Of a DNA stretch of 64,000 bases, positions 1-13,385 are shown in pieces. The notes beneath the pieces were generated by a model. That model was given only the letters and a program-made list of their open reading frames with translations, did not search any database and was not told where the DNA came from. Source of the stretch: Felis catus. Its lineage: Eukaryota. The stretch is from contig NC_058368.1 of NCBI RefSeq assembly GCF_018350175.1, positions 201,688,001-201,752,000 of the forward strand, in the 5' to 3' direction. Positions within the stretch are counted from its first letter, which is position 1, and the number at the start of each line of letters is the position of its first letter. A program made the translations under genes and the position numbers.

Positions 1-49
1 ATGGTCTTGGACATGGTGTCCACAATGAGCTGTCATCAATGTAGCCACC

Positions 50-509
50 TGTGATGTTTAATTTTATGTGTCAACTTGGCTAGGCTATGGTACATGGTTG
101 TTTGTTCAAACACCATGTGGCTAGGTGGGGCCATGAAGGAATTTTTTTTAGATGTGATAAACATTTAATTCAGTATACTTTGAGCAAGGCAGATTATCCT
201 CCCTAATGTGTGTGGCCCTCTTCCAAACAGTTGAAGGTTTTAAGAGAAAAAACTGAGGTCCCCAGAAAAGCAAGGAATTCTGTCTTGGACTGACCTTAAA
301 TCTAAGATGGCAATGTCAACTTTTCTCTGGATCTCAAGCTTGCCAGCCTGCCCTGCAGACTTTAGACTTACCAGCCTGGCAATCATGTGAGCCAACTCCT
401 TAAAATAAATAAAGATAGATGACAGATGGATACATAGATGATACATAGGTAGATACATAAATACCTAGATTTTCTATTAGTTCTTATTTCTCTGGAAGGC
501 TCTAACACA
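50..509 (+). mobile_element. MLT2-family (ERVL) solo LTR
   Basis: Starts TGTGATGTTTAATTTTATGTGTCAACTTGGCTAGGC and ends ...TCTAACACA, the typical MLT2 termini. Confidence 0.85.
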
Positions 510-747
510 GTCTAATATACAACCAAATCTAGCAAATAGCTGCTTCTAATCTGGCTTCTCGCTCTGCTTAAGTGTAGATCTTCCTTGGCAAATATAGAAG
601 TCTATAAACTGGTGTGTTGCAAATAGCTAGAAGACCAAGTCTTCAATATCTGACCTTAAACAGTCCTCCCTGCTGGGGACACTCCCTTCCAAAAGTACAG
701 CGTATCACCTGAAGTAAATCAAAATAAATCAGAACAGTAACACTATA

Positions 748-957
748 GGGGTGCCTGGGTAGCTCAGTCCGTTAAGCGTCTGACTCTTGATCTCAGCTCA
801 GGTCATGATCTCATGGTTGGCAAGTTCGAGCCCCCCATTGGGCTCTCTGCTGACAGTGTGGAGTCTGCTTGGGATTCTCTGTCTCCTCTCTCTGCCCCTC
901 CTTCCCTCGCGTGCTCTCTCTTTCTCAAAATAAATAAGTAAACTTAAAAAAAAAAAA
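748..957 (+). mobile_element. CanSINE
   Basis: GGGGTGCCTGGGTAGCTCAG head, CT tract, A tail; 17-bp TSD AGAACAGTAACACTATA (731-747, 958-974). Confidence 0.95.
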
Positions 958-1182
958 AGAACAGTAACACTATACCTACAGGGTCCTCTAGGATACTTAA
1001 GGACATTAACCCATCCTAGGACAAAGAGGAAAGCTCTTTTAATTTCCAATGATAATGCCACTCTTATCACAAATATGATAGAAAGGCTAATGGACATTTC
1101 AATGTTTATATGAAGAGAAAATCAGGTCCTACTAGAACAGATCTACTGTGGCTACTTGAAGAGGGCTCTACCAAAGCACAGG

Positions 1183-1565
1183 TGTTACAGGCTGAACTGT
1201 GTTTCCCCAAAATGTATATGTTGAAACACTACCTCTAGTATCTCAGAATCTGACTTTATTTAGTGATAGGGCCTTTAAAGAGTTAAGTAAAAATGAGGTT
1301 GTTAGGGTGGGCCTTAATCCAACATGACTTGTAAGAAGATGAGATTTGGACACACAGAGAAACATTAGGGTACACATACCCTGAAGAGAAACCAGGAAAG
1401 AACACGGCGAAAAGACCAGCTGCAAGCCAAGGAGAAAATCCTCAGAATATACCAAACCTGCCGACATCTTGATCTGGTCTCTACAACAGTAAGAAAGTAA
1501 ATTTCTGTGGTTGAAGCCAGCCATTCTGTGGTATTTTGTAATGGCGGCCTTAGCAAACTAATGCA
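1183..1565 (+). mobile_element. MLT1 (MaLR, MLT1B/C-like) solo LTR
   Basis: TGTTACAGGCTGAACTGTGTTTCCCCAAAA ... GCAAACTAATGCA termini; internal agggtgggccttaatccaacatgact. Confidence 0.85.
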
Positions 1566-3798
1566 ACAGGAAATCAAAAGTCTTATTTAAAACTCTACCT
1601 CTATAGAGCATGAAATACTTCTCTTGCTTTTGGTTTTTGGTTTTTGGTTTTCACAAAGAGTTGCAATGTCCTTCTGATAGAATCTTGAGAATCTTTTCAA
1701 ATGATGGAATATTTTGTTAGATAAGTGTCAACTTTTTAGATTGTATCTTCTTAGAATAAGGTGGAAGAACAATGTGGAAAGAAGTTATAATGCCCTGTTC
1801 CAAAAAGCTTGAGGTCTCCTCCAGAAATAGTGTACACTTGGACATAGAGGAGCAAATTGACCAAAGAAAGGTAGAGATTATGTGGTAGGGGAGGAGAGGT
1901 GAAAAGAGAAAATAAAAGTAAGAAATTAAGATAAAGCTGGAGCAGAAAAGCAATCATTCATATCCATTCTAAATCTTTATGCCTGTAAGCACTTAAAGTG
2001 GGTTGTTTTGTTTTGTGTCAGACCCACCATCGAGACCATATTTCTTCTTCCCAAAATATAACCATCAGTTTTGTTACGAATCTCCAAACTATGCAAGTAA
2101 ATGGTTGGGTGAATTTCATTTAATCATTTAAGGGTTTACGCTGAAATTCACTTCAGGCAGATAAGTTCGAAGCATAAGGATATGTCAAATTCTCCAGTGA
2201 CTTATGATAAATTCTTAGAGTGTGAAACCACTCCTCTCTGTTGTTTGTAGATAAGGACTTTTCAAAGTGGTCTGTGCATTTGAGAAATAAAGTGAATGGA
2301 AAATTTCTCTAAGTAGGACATATTTCTGATGACTAAGATTGGTACATTATGTCTACTCCAAACTAAGTCAATAATGGATTGTTCCCAGATAAGCACACAA
2401 AAATGAATTATATGTAACTTAGAGCTGAAATAGCAGACATAAATTAACTAATTTAGTTCACCATAGAACTGGTCCAAAGAAACAAACAAACAAACAAAAA
2501 AGCCTCCCAGAAGAACCAAAAAAATCACAGAAAAAGATAGCATGACTTTCATCAAGTGATCACATTAAGGTCATTAATAATTGCAGGAAATGACTAACAC
2601 ATTCATAGTTTCTGCGAAACAGCAAATGGAGTAGAATCTGAATTTTATAATGTCACTTATATTTTCAAGTTTTTTTTTTCATGATCCAGGTGAAAAATTG
2701 AGCACTCATTATGTGAGAGGAAAATCAACCTAGAGAATGTCATAAATTTATAGAGAGCTATATTGAAAAACACATCTTGAAAGTGACACAGCTATGATTG
2801 ATGGGAAAAATCTCAAATTCGCTTGCAGACTGTATTCCATTAGAGATTTTTAAATCTTGTGACTTTGTTTTTAACAAAAGTGCTACTGTTTGTTTTAAAA
2901 AGCTCTCAGAGAATAGGAGTTTAAACAGCAACTTCCAGAGAAATTGAATTCAAACCAAATTTTATCTGGCCTTGAAATCAGCATGGGATGTCTCCTGGGG
3001 AGCCCAAGACTGTGGGATCATGCATTTCTTTACGTTTTCAACTATACGCATTCGCAAGTGCTAGGGCTTTTCAAAGTGCATTTAAAATTATAAAATGGCA
3101 GCGGAAAAGCACAACCTTTGTCTTGTGCAAACAGCAGTCACAGCTTATTTGAAACTACGTCACTTAGAATGTCTAGGATGCTTGTTGACAAGAAAAGAGG
3201 GAGCTAGATTTTGGGGGCAGAAGGTGGGCAGAGATGAAAATAAGCGGTCTCTCTGCCCAAGAGAGTAGTGCTTTCAGGAAACACCTCATGTTGTAAAAAC
3301 CTGTTTCTAGGCCACCTCCTAGCATTGGCATAGTTAGTAATCCAGAGAAGACCCATTCTCCTGAACACAAAACAGAGAAGTCAGGGGAGGTGTCCAAATT
3401 CTTGTATCCTAGCTCTGTCTTCTTTATTGTGCTCTTCCTAGTGAACCCACACCAATGACTCCACATTTCTGTGGCTCCATATTTACATTGTCAAGGCAGA
3501 CAGTATCCTGTCTAAATATTTTATTGAGGAAAAAAATTGGGATAACATATAGGGAAGCCTTCTTAACGTTAAAAAAACAGGTTACTTCGCTGCAATATTT
3601 TATTGCTCTAATTTGTTATTGTTCTAAAAACTTCCTGCATTTCAAGTTATTTCGATCTTACAGTTTTTTGTTTTTGTTTTTGTTTTTTTCCTCACCTCAA
3701 CAGCAAAGCAAATGCTCCAGGGGCTCCAATGAAGTAAAGAAACTTCTCTGACAAGTTCCTGAATTTTCTACTCAATCGTGTTCTATTAAACCAAGGTT

Positions 3799-3979
3799 GG
3801 GGCCCCCCGGGTGGCTCAGTTAAGTGTCCAGCATCAGCTCAGGTCATGATCTCACGGTTCATGAGTTTGAGCCCCGCATTGGGCTCTCTGCTGTCAGCAC
3901 AGAGCCTGCTGCAGATCCTCTGTCTCCCTCTCTTTCTTTCTCTCTGTCTCTCAAAAATAAATAAACATTTTTTTAAAAA
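3799..3979 (+). mobile_element. CanSINE
   Basis: tRNA-like head GGTGGCTCAG...CAGGTCATGATCTC, CT tract, AATAAA tail. Confidence 0.92.
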
Positions 3980-4894
3980 TCCAGGTAAAATTGCTTCTGT
4001 GAAGTTAGTGGCACAATAAGGAGGGTGTAGCCAAGTGTTGGAGTGAGATTCCGGATGGAGGGTTGTGCTCAGATGTCAAAGTAGCACAGGTCACCAGCAG
4101 AGCACAGGAAAATTCTCTCCACGGCCTCTTCACTTAGGACCTGTGTACAGCCGCCATGTCTAATTCATTCAAATCTCCTCAATGCATGAAGTTTAGGATG
4201 AGAAACAAAATTACATTGTCTTAGTCAAGGTTGACGTATTTTCTAATGGGAAGCCACTGCTCGTCAAGGTGGGGCTGTGAGGGCTGGCAGAAATCTTCCA
4301 GTCCTGTCGTTTCCAAATGTTGTCAGTGCAAACTCTTCTTTTGTCAGATGAAGTCTTATCCCAAATCCTGTTATGTCAGACGGTCTGGAAGTGGCTCTGT
4401 GTTGGTGGAAGCCGGGAGGAGGAGGTCTACGCACCCAGTTCCCCGCTTTGGAAACATTGTCCCATCTTCAGAAACATAAGGTCTGGGGAATGTACCTCGA
4501 AAATAACTAATCTCCTCTTTCATTTTACAGACAAGGAACGCTAACACGCTCTCCTGGTAGGAGGATTAGAGCCCCCCACCCCCCCCCACCCCCCCCACGG
4601 ACTACATCCTGTGCTCTTTTTATTACACTAGCCTTTTTTCTTCATTTCTTCTGGTTTCTTATTTCTTTCGGGGCACAATTGAGTGGGTTACCTTTGTGGG
4701 TATGTTCCACATACCTGGGGAACCTGGGTTGGGTGCAGGGAGAAAGACGGGGTTTGTGGATGAAATAGGAAAGAAAAATGTGATGAGTACCTCATAACTA
4801 AGAGTCAGCTACCCGAAGGTTCTTTGCAGAAAGAGAGGATTAAATGAATGCAGAAGAAACTCAGAACAGTTCTTCAGATTCTTGGTTTCACTTC

Positions 4895-5190
4895 AATGTA
4901 TTCAAAGCTACTGAGGGCTCCGAAAACCTTTAAGTCATTGTATTTGTAGTAACAAATACAACTGAGAAATTTCAAAATAAGAATGCAGTCATGTATTTAA
5001 AATCATGTTAACCATTACATAAATCATAATTAGCAAATTTTTAAGAAAAATAACTGTATTTTCCAAGTGAAAATAGCCATGGTAGGCTTGAACGGCTACG
5101 AGAGTACTGAAGGGAAGTGACATCTTAGTATCATCATGAAAATAGTTTTGACCTAACAGTGCTCACAAAAGGGTCTCTGGGACCTAAAAG
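4895..5190. mobile_element. hAT-Charlie-like DNA transposon relic
   Basis: Segment catcttagtatcatcatgaaaatagttttgacct...aaagggtctctgggacc resembles old hAT MER ends as I recall them; subfamily not assigned. Confidence 0.45.
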
Positions 5191-6105
5191 GTCTTCTCTG
5201 TCCATCTTCCACGCAGTGAGATCTCTCCCTAGAAACGGATGTGAAGCTTGAATCAGAACCTAGAATAACAATATCCGAAATGGTGTTTGAAATTCCAGAT
5301 GGCCCAGGTGATCTGTACTGAGAAAGGGGGAGCTATGTTTGCCTTATTTGCTTCAGACTGTGTAAAGAGAGTGAGGAGTAGATAGCATAGAAAAATATCA
5401 TTGCACTTAAACACAAACTAGGGCGAAGAGATACAGTTTATTATCACCAGTCTACTTGCAAAGTACAAGAGAAGGTTGTTATTACAAGGAAGTAAAAGTA
5501 GCAGTACATCTTACTGAAAGGCTTCATATTCCTTGAACGTCTCGGTTTCCTAGACCAGGCTAGGTTGCTATGATCCCAACATGGAATTGCTGTGAGCAGC
5601 TACCGAATTGATAAGAAATCTACTTTACTCAGGGAGACACTGAACTCTTTAAAGGGTTTTGTAATTTGTTGTAATACGTAATCATTTTTCTGTGCTCTGT
5701 GCCTAGTATGTAAAATTCGATAAAATTCAAAATTCAGTTCAGAGTGATCTGGAGGTCTGTCCGTGGGGACACAATAGACTGGACGCTATACATTCTGCCG
5801 TTCTCTTCCCTTTAAAAAATGGGGTGCATGCTGAGCTGATCTACTGTCACCATTCTCTTAATGTTTCCTGTGTGTGCTCCCCACATCCAGACTCTCAAAG
5901 CTATATAGAGACAGGTGCCCACACAACAATCTAGAGAGCTCTGTGCGGGAGTACAGGTTGTGAACAACTCAGCCCAGGAATGCTGAACGCATCCCTAAAC
6001 ACACACACATAGACACAGGCTGGTCTTAGCCTCAGGATGTTTTTATGTTTTGCGGAAAGAGTACTTTCAAAGTCCCACTCAGTTCAAGAGAACAGCTATA
6101 ATGCG

Positions 6106-6300
6106 TTTTTTTTAATTATTATTATTTGATTTATTTATTTTTCAGAGCAGGGAAGGGGCAGAGAGAGAAGGAGAGAGAGAATCCCAAGCAGGCCCTATGC
6201 TGTCAGCCCGAGACAGGGCTCACTCTCAGGAACGCTGAGATCATGACCTTGGCTGAAATCAAGAGTTGGACACTTAACCACTGAGCCACCCAGGAGCCCC
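6106..6300 (-). mobile_element. CanSINE
   Basis: Reverse head ...gagccacccaggagcccc; GA tract; T-rich tail. Confidence 0.92.
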
Positions 6301-7765
6301 AACCACAATGCATTTTAAAATGAGAAACGTAGCCATGCTTTTTTTTCCTGAGCTAATGGCTAAAATGATACATATAGGGAATGACACTGTATTAGAAATT
6401 CAACTCATGCAACCCAGGTAAGAAAAAAATCAATCTTATGAAACCATACCTACTTTTCAGCTTTTCCTTTACAAAGCACTGCAAAAAATATATCTCCAAC
6501 ATACTACAAATAATACCTTAAGGCAAATAAAAATAAAGGAAGAAAGAAAGGTGTGAGTGGGAGAAATTGCATATAGATAAAAACTTTCAAAACGATTTTT
6601 TTCTCTTGCTTCTACCTTTTTTCTTTGTAAAACCCACTTCAGCCAACAAAACAGTGAATGCTTTTAAAGTTGAAAGGTTGTAAGAGAAGTATCTCAAGGG
6701 TTACTTCTGAAGCTTGAAGCCTCGAATACTTATTTTTACAATTTGAATGTTATTGTGACAGTTGCGACATTAACATTTGTCGGATCTGATGGAAGCACCA
6801 ACAGTGGCAAGATGCAAGTTCCTGCGAACGGAATGTCCCCTCCCAAGAAACGTGTCAGGTGAACAGTGACACACAGCAGAATACCACTGGCATTTAGGGA
6901 TTAGTGTAAATGGAAAAATAGTGAGGCAAGCAGGAAAAAAAAAAAAGGAAAGAAAAAAAAAGGTTAGGTAAATGTGTCCTAGAGAAATGCTAGTCTGGAA
7001 AATTTACATTACCCTTTTCATTTTTCTAAACTAAAAATACATAGCGGAGTTTTACTGGAAAAATGTGCGTGCCTATTTTTAACAGGAGGCACTGGTGTGC
7101 CATGTAAATGACCCATCAGGGAACGTGGATGAAAGGACCGGCTACAGAGTTAAAATGACCTCAGTGGAAGCTGACACAACACAGAGGTGAGAATTCGTTG
7201 TGTTCTGTCATAGGTGCCCACTGATCACCAACAGAGGACTGTCCCCCTCCTGGGTAATGCCTGGGGCAATGGCCCCTGAGTGGTCTTTCTTGGGGGGGGG
7301 GGTGTTTAAGCAACTGGGAAAATCAGAGAGAATGATTAATGTTCTCTATCCAGAGGCATGGGGTCATGACCAGGACCTACTGTGGACCTAGTTTCTCTCT
7401 ACTTCCCGTTCTGTTTTCTTTTTATACCTTGTTTGTCCCTCTTCTGGCTCCAGGGAGCTTTTTTCTTCTTTTTGCCAAATACTTTTAACATCACCCCTCC
7501 CTTCAGCTGTGCGTCTGTGTGTATGTGGGTGTGTGTGTTTGGGTCGGCACCTGAATTCTCTCTTATTTTTCATGTACTACTTACGAAGTGTCAATCTTTG
7601 TCTTCTAACTATTTGCATGTTTCTGTTCCCAGCTTGCAATAACTCCGGGACTTTGCTACCTGTTTCTCTTGTGAAGCATGAAACTCTCTTGCCGTTGAGT
7701 CACACACACGCACATTGCCCCAAGCCTGCACCAAAATCCGCCGTCTGGAGAATGGAATGCTTCTG

Positions 7766-7767
<2 letters not shown>

Positions 7768-7809
<42 letters not shown>
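7768..7809. repeat. (GT)21 microsatellite
   Basis: Direct read. Confidence 0.97.
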
Positions 7810-7811
<2 letters not shown>

Positions 7812-8950
7812 CCCAAGTAATTCTTGGCATAGCTGAAGGCTCTAGTTGGCTCTAAAAAAATAAATAAATAAATACAGTCACCTGGGCTTCTTAGCAAGAG
7901 GCCTCTTTGAAAAGTACACCCAAAAGAAACAAACCTGTTCTGCTGATACTTTCTGGTTTCATCGGGTTTTAAACATCCCTCTCATAGCTCAGACAGAACA
8001 GCAAAAGGGCTACTCTGGGAAGTAGCAGACACTCTTTATCTTGCACTCTCTTCTATCTGGGCACTGCTGATGAAATAGCAAAGAAACTTATAAAGTGCTA
8101 TAACATTTGAGTTACTTTTAATCCACCTTTGGGTTGTGTAGCAATAAAAATGGAGGCAGTGATGAGGCAACGTTCAATACAACAACATTTCACTGCTATA
8201 GGAGGAGCCTATGTAAACCTTCATCCAAAGTCACTATGTCGGTAACCCCAGGGAACGAGCCACAAGTACATCAAAGAAACTCCTGCTTTTTTATATTTTA
8301 TATATAATATAATAACCTTTACCTCAGTAATAAAAATTATGAAAAAATAAAATAAAAGTTATGATATAATGTGAGGATATCTCATATGTATGCAACATTA
8401 TAAATGGTATAGAAAAGAGAGAAAAACCACCTCAAAGCTACTACCGCCATAATTTGAATTTATTCCCTAACATGGTGAGCAAACTATGTGCTTCTCATCT
8501 TGCTTTTTGCACTTAATGTCGCCCCAGAAATATCTTCTATGCTTCTATGAAGCCTTTATAATTGTCATGTTTAATAGCAGCACTGATTTTTTTCTCACTT
8601 TTGCAATGAGATTCCTTTTATTTTTACTCTATTTCTGAGTTACCCTTGTTCAATAGAATTACGAGTTCTTTCTCTATAATTTGATGTATTAAGCAAAGAA
8701 AAAATCATTGTTTTATTCAGTCTATGGCTTTGGTGAAGACATAGAAGCACATACAAAAAAAGAAAAAAAAGACAAAGGCGATGAGCACTGAGGGATTTAT
8801 TTTCAGTGGTGTAAGCACCACCGCAGAATCTCTTCCTGATTTTTCAAGATGGCAACACCACACTGGCCCATTTGTACTCTGGGAGATGATTATAAAGATC
8901 CCAACCTCCAAAAGAGTGGCAAGAAATAACCTCGGGTTAGCCCTAGAATT

Positions 8951-9034
8951 CTTTTTTTTTTCTTCTTCTTCTTCTTCTTCTGGGAGACAGACAGAGAGAG
9001 AGCACACACGCAAAGCAGGGGAAAGGGGCAGAGG

Positions 9035-9072
<38 letters not shown>

Positions 9073-9188
9073 ATCTTAAGCAGGCTTTATGCTCAGCCAA
9101 CACAGGGATCAATTCCATGACCCTGGGATCATGACTTGAGCCAAAATCAAGAGTTGGTTGCTCAACTGACTGAACCACCCAGGTGCCC
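8951..9188 (-). mobile_element. CanSINE inserted into the Gypsy integrase C-terminus
   Basis: TSD agccctagaatt (8939-8950) / agccctggagtt (9189-9200). Confidence 0.93.
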
Positions 9189-9724
9189 AGCCCTGGAGTT
9201 AACAAAGACTAACATTTGTGAAGGAAAATGAAGGAGGTATAGTGCACACTTGCTCATCTTTCAAAGCATCCTTAATTTCAAATCAAGATGCTTGAAGTAA
9301 ATCACTTCATTAATATCTCAGTAGAGGTCATTTCTGTTGCTGGGCTTAGAATGGTATGTGGGGTGTTAAGAGACTTCGCAACATGGTTCAACCAGGATCC
9401 TCAGACCGACCAGCTCAAGACATCCACCATCATCCACACAGGGTTTCCGCATGGCCATCTTCCTGAGGGCGACATCTCAGGCAAAGTTCCCTTGCCCATC
9501 ATCCTCAACATGAACCGAGATGAACGCAGACACACGGTGGAGAAACACTGGGGCTGCTAACGCATGGAATAAATCAATGATACCGTCTGTAGTTATTGTA
9601 GCAAGATTTTGTACTCGAATTGAGGATAATTGGGAACATTTTCAAGTCTCCAACACAATCAAGAATTCTTCCTCTGAAACCATAGTTCAAAGAATTTCTC
9701 TTCTCATGCTATAGAACAATATGA

Positions 9725-10870
9725 ATTTTAGGTGGATGAAAGTGTGAAAAGTAAAAACAAAAAAAAGATATAAAGTTTCAAAAATTACAAATAGTCATCT
9801 ACAAATATCTACAAATGTTTATCTTATATTTGGATAGAGAAAGACTTTGTAAGCTTTATGTAAAGGAAACTTCACATGAAAAACTACCATATGGATTTGA
9901 CTATCTAAAGATTAAAATTTCCACATGTCAACATTATAAACAAAATAAAGTCCATCAGAATATGGTAAAATATCTACAACCATTATGACATCGTTCATAA
10001 TTTTAAACTATAACTAAGTAAGAAATAAAAATAGCAATGATCATTCAATAGTTCAATATGTAGAAATCATAAGCAGAAAATTTATGGAAGAATAAAAACA
10101 AAAATCTCACAAAAATTGGAGAAGTGGACTTCTACTTCCCAAGAGATGAGGTAGACTTATTTTTCCTATTCCTCCACTATGTACAGCTGTAAACCTTGGC
10201 AGTCTATATAAAATAAACATAAGAAGTCTATGGAACATGGAGAGGAGGCAGCTAGACTGGCTAAGGACCTGGAGATTCAACGGACAAAATACTGGTGAGT
10301 TCTCTGGGGGATTTTTTTCCTTGTATATTCTAGGCTTGGATCTGAGGAAGCCAGAAACCCCGGTATGTTAACAGATACAAAGCCCCAACTAAAGCCTGCT
10401 CTCTCTAACCAAAGGACCAGGAAAGGGGCAGCCTAGCCAAGAGAAGTTTTAGACAATGATCACTGTATTGTATCCAAGCACCACAGAAAACAGAACGCAC
10501 ACAAAATAACCAACCAACCGACCAAAAAAACCCCACAACTGGCTCCACCCTTGCCCACACCCGCAAAGGCCCAGTGGTTTTCTCATGGCCTGGTGGTAAT
10601 GAGGGCAACCTCCTTCTGTGGTTTTCATGGAGGTCATGTAGGGAGCAAGTTACAAGGCACTCCTACTCCTGCTGACCTGGTAGACATCCACGGGGACCCA
10701 TGGGGAACCATAACTCTCATTTGCACCCAACCGTAAGGAGGGATCCACTTGGTCAGAAACCTACAGAGGCTGAGTGGCGAACCAAGATTTCAGCCCCCAT
10801 CTGGCAACAAAGAGATGGCAGTCCAACATTTTTATCAGAGTCTCAAGGGAGCCAGGACCTAATGATGTTT
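9725..10870 (+). mobile_element. Old L1 fragments (ORF2/3' piece ~9725-10120; L1MC/MD-type 5' end ~10125-10870) inserted within the Gypsy integrase
   Basis: A-rich L1-like text (tttgactatctaaagattaaaattt). The motif gacttctacttcccaagagatgaggtagac...aaacataagaag resembles old L1M 5' ends. Confidence 0.6.
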
Positions 10871-11140
10871 AAACCACAGCAGTAACCTTAATGATAAGAT
10901 CACTTATGTTGATCCCTTACACGGGCTTAACTTCTTTAAGCAGTTTCTTCCTTGTTACTGTTAGGATGACAGTTCGTGGATAAACTAGAATAAAAGGCAA
11001 TCATATAAGAAGTTGGAAATTTTTATCATGCAAATTTCTTGGTGAGGAAGCTGAAATACAATGGCATGAGTAGCCTGTGAAGAGCCAGTGAGAAAACCCC
11101 AGGGGGAGACAGCTGAAAGAACTGAACTACTAGTTTTCAA

Positions 11141-11362
11141 TTTTTTTTCTTAATGCTTATTTATTTTTGAGAGAGAGATAGAGAGAGAGACAGAGCGCAA
11201 GCAGAGGAGGGGCAGAGAGAGAGGGAGACACAGAATCCGAAGCAGGCTCCAGGCTCTGAGCCGTCAGTACAGAGCCCAACACAGGGCTTGAACTCAGGAA
11301 CTGTGAGATCATGGCCTGAGCCAAAATTGGACGCTTGACCAACTGAACCACCCAGGTGCCCC
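11141..11362 (-). mobile_element. CanSINE (SINEC_Fc type)
   Basis: gagggagacacagaatccgaagcaggctccaggctctgagc core; reverse head ...ccaggtgcccc. Confidence 0.95.
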
Positions 11363-12284
11363 AGAACTGGAAAACTTGTTAGTGCTGAGGGAGAAATCAT
11401 TGGTGATGCAGTGCAGTACTGCCCCAATGTGTGTGTGGCAAGCGAGGGAACGGCTGAGCTCCATCTCTGACTCTAAACACGGACGATGCAGAAATAGCAC
11501 CCGTCAGGAACCAGGAGGCAAAGGTGACCTGTTCCCATGAGCAATCTACAGTTAGGTTTTGAATTCCCATAAGGTATCGACCTAGGCATTTAAGCCAATT
11601 GTATCTAAAGTTCGAGGAGCAAGGAAGTAAGAAAATAATTGTAAAAATCGTTTCAAAGTTGGTGGTACACAGAAGCTATGGGCTTCGGAGATCCAAGCCA
11701 TCACGACTTGCCCTTCCTTACTCCTCCATGCGCACAGGTAATGGCTCAGGGGTTGCTTCCAGCATTTGGGGCTGTATCTGTATATTAGCATACTTAGCAA
11801 AGGTTCCATACCAATATGGTTGTAAAAACACAGCATCCTGATACTCTGTAGTCTTCTCTTCTCATTTTTGGATAATTCTCGATGTAGATGACATTTTTTG
11901 TGGGGTTTTAGGCAACTGGCACATGGCAGCCATCTGGCAGCCAGTAAGGAGGCACACCTCTGACATTGTAAGGTGATGCATCAGTGGTTAAAAACAAAAC
12001 AAAGTGTGGTTGATGTTTATTCTAATGGAGCAGCGTAGACCCTGAGGTTCTTAACTCATCAGTATTCATGAAGGCATCTTCACATGAAGCATCCACTGTC
12101 ATTGAAAATCATCTTTAACTAGACACAATATGTCAGCAACTGTTGCTTTTTGTGACAAAAATAAACAATGGACAAACAAAGAAAGGTAAAAATTAAGTAA
12201 TCTGAAATGCTTGCTTTGTTTTTGAAATGGACATATCAGGGATATCGAATCTTGGGGGGTGTTCTTGTAATTTCTTCGCTTGAA

Positions 12285-13385
12285 ACTTGTTCAATGATTT
12301 TGCAGGATAAATCCAAAGTCTTTAGTTTGGACATGAGGTCTTTTGTGGTCTAGAGCTGATCATTTTTAATTTGATTTCCATAATTCTCAGTCACTTCACA
12401 TCCCACGCTTGAAGAAATACTCCATAGATCCCTTCTCCTTACTATCTCTTTATCTCTCTTCCTGTAGATTCTGACTCTTGGAAAGTGCCTTACCTGTTGT
12501 TCACCTGAAAACTCCTCCTTCAAAACTCAGTTTCCCTAGACTCTCAAAACATGCCAAGCACTTCTTTTTCTGTTCTTGTGCATGTCCATCTTATCATACT
12601 TATGGTATATATTATAAACATCTGTACATTTGTGTGTCTCTCCCCACTAATCAGTTTGTTCATTTAACAAATACCGACCAATAAATATGTGTACTGCTCT
12701 GTTCTGAGCACAGGGAAGATAGCAGTTGTGTTAGTCAGGGTCTAAAATAGAAAGCACTGTGAGTATTTACAACAGAAGAGATTTAATTCAGGGTATTGGT
12801 TACTTGGGTGGTAAAGAAGATAAGAATCCAAACAAGGCAAGGGGACACAGTCCAGAAGTCGATAATACCAGGAAGGCACCATCCTGGGACTGGAGAGGCT
12901 AAAAGAGGGAGAGACCTACAAGATTCCGGGGGTGGAGGTCACCTTTCAGAAACTGGAACCACACAGCCTGGCCTGCAGGTGCTAGCTGGAGCCACGGGGG
13001 AGAGACAGCTTCTGCTAGAGAGGCCACCAGGGAAACAAATGGAAGGAGAAATTCCTGTCTCCTCCCTTCTGTTCCCCAGTCTCCTGCTAGTGCTTCCCAT
13101 TGTCAAGACCGTCTGGAAGCCAGTCAAAACAGGAGCATGAGAAATCTAGGAGGTTTGGCTCCCACTGTGACACACAGCCGAGCAGTGGAAGGGTGCAAAA
13201 TGAATCTGAGGGCAAAAACGCCTAGGATTGGCACAGCAATGAACAAATTAAAAAAATTTTTCCTGCCCTCATGAGTATAGGAGCATTTCATTGTATTTCA
13301 CCTCTGCATTCCCAACTGTTTGCCTAGGGATTGCATGTAATACGTGGCCAACATCTATCCTCGATGACTTCATTGATGGATAAAA
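12285..13385. mobile_element. Nested L2 fragments (a + copy split by a - copy, itself split by an LTR)
   Basis: L2-like text at 12300-12650 continuing at 13280-13385; reverse L2 3' end at 12650-12726 continuing at 13236-13275 (gatagcag|tgaacaa...cctgccctcatg). Confidence 0.55.
12727..13235 (-). mobile_element. ERVL-class (LTR33-like) solo LTR
   Basis: TG...CA termini (tgtgttagtcagggtc ... ttggcaca); 5-bp TSD gcagt/gcaat. Confidence 0.7.

Noticed and set aside
7080..7650. Possible 3' LTR of the Gypsy element
   Set aside because: No matching 5' LTR copy, PPT or TG...CA pair could be identified by eye; left uncalled
9288..9560. 90-aa + strand ORF with coding-like composition
   Set aside because: It is the antisense shadow of the Gypsy integrase core on the minus strand; no recognisable protein on +
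9560..9700. NLATITTDG resembling a hAT transposase catalytic motif, plus nearby PDHX/DBT-like fragments
   Set aside because: Isolated short matches; the collinear integrase motifs explain the segment better
11400..11700. Faint resemblance of LLCTTNFE...FLTGAI...PFPRL to bornavirus nucleoprotein
   Set aside because: Motif spacing does not fit, and the flanks are clearly Gypsy RNase H/integrase; FPRLP is better read as the ADALSRLP end of RNase H
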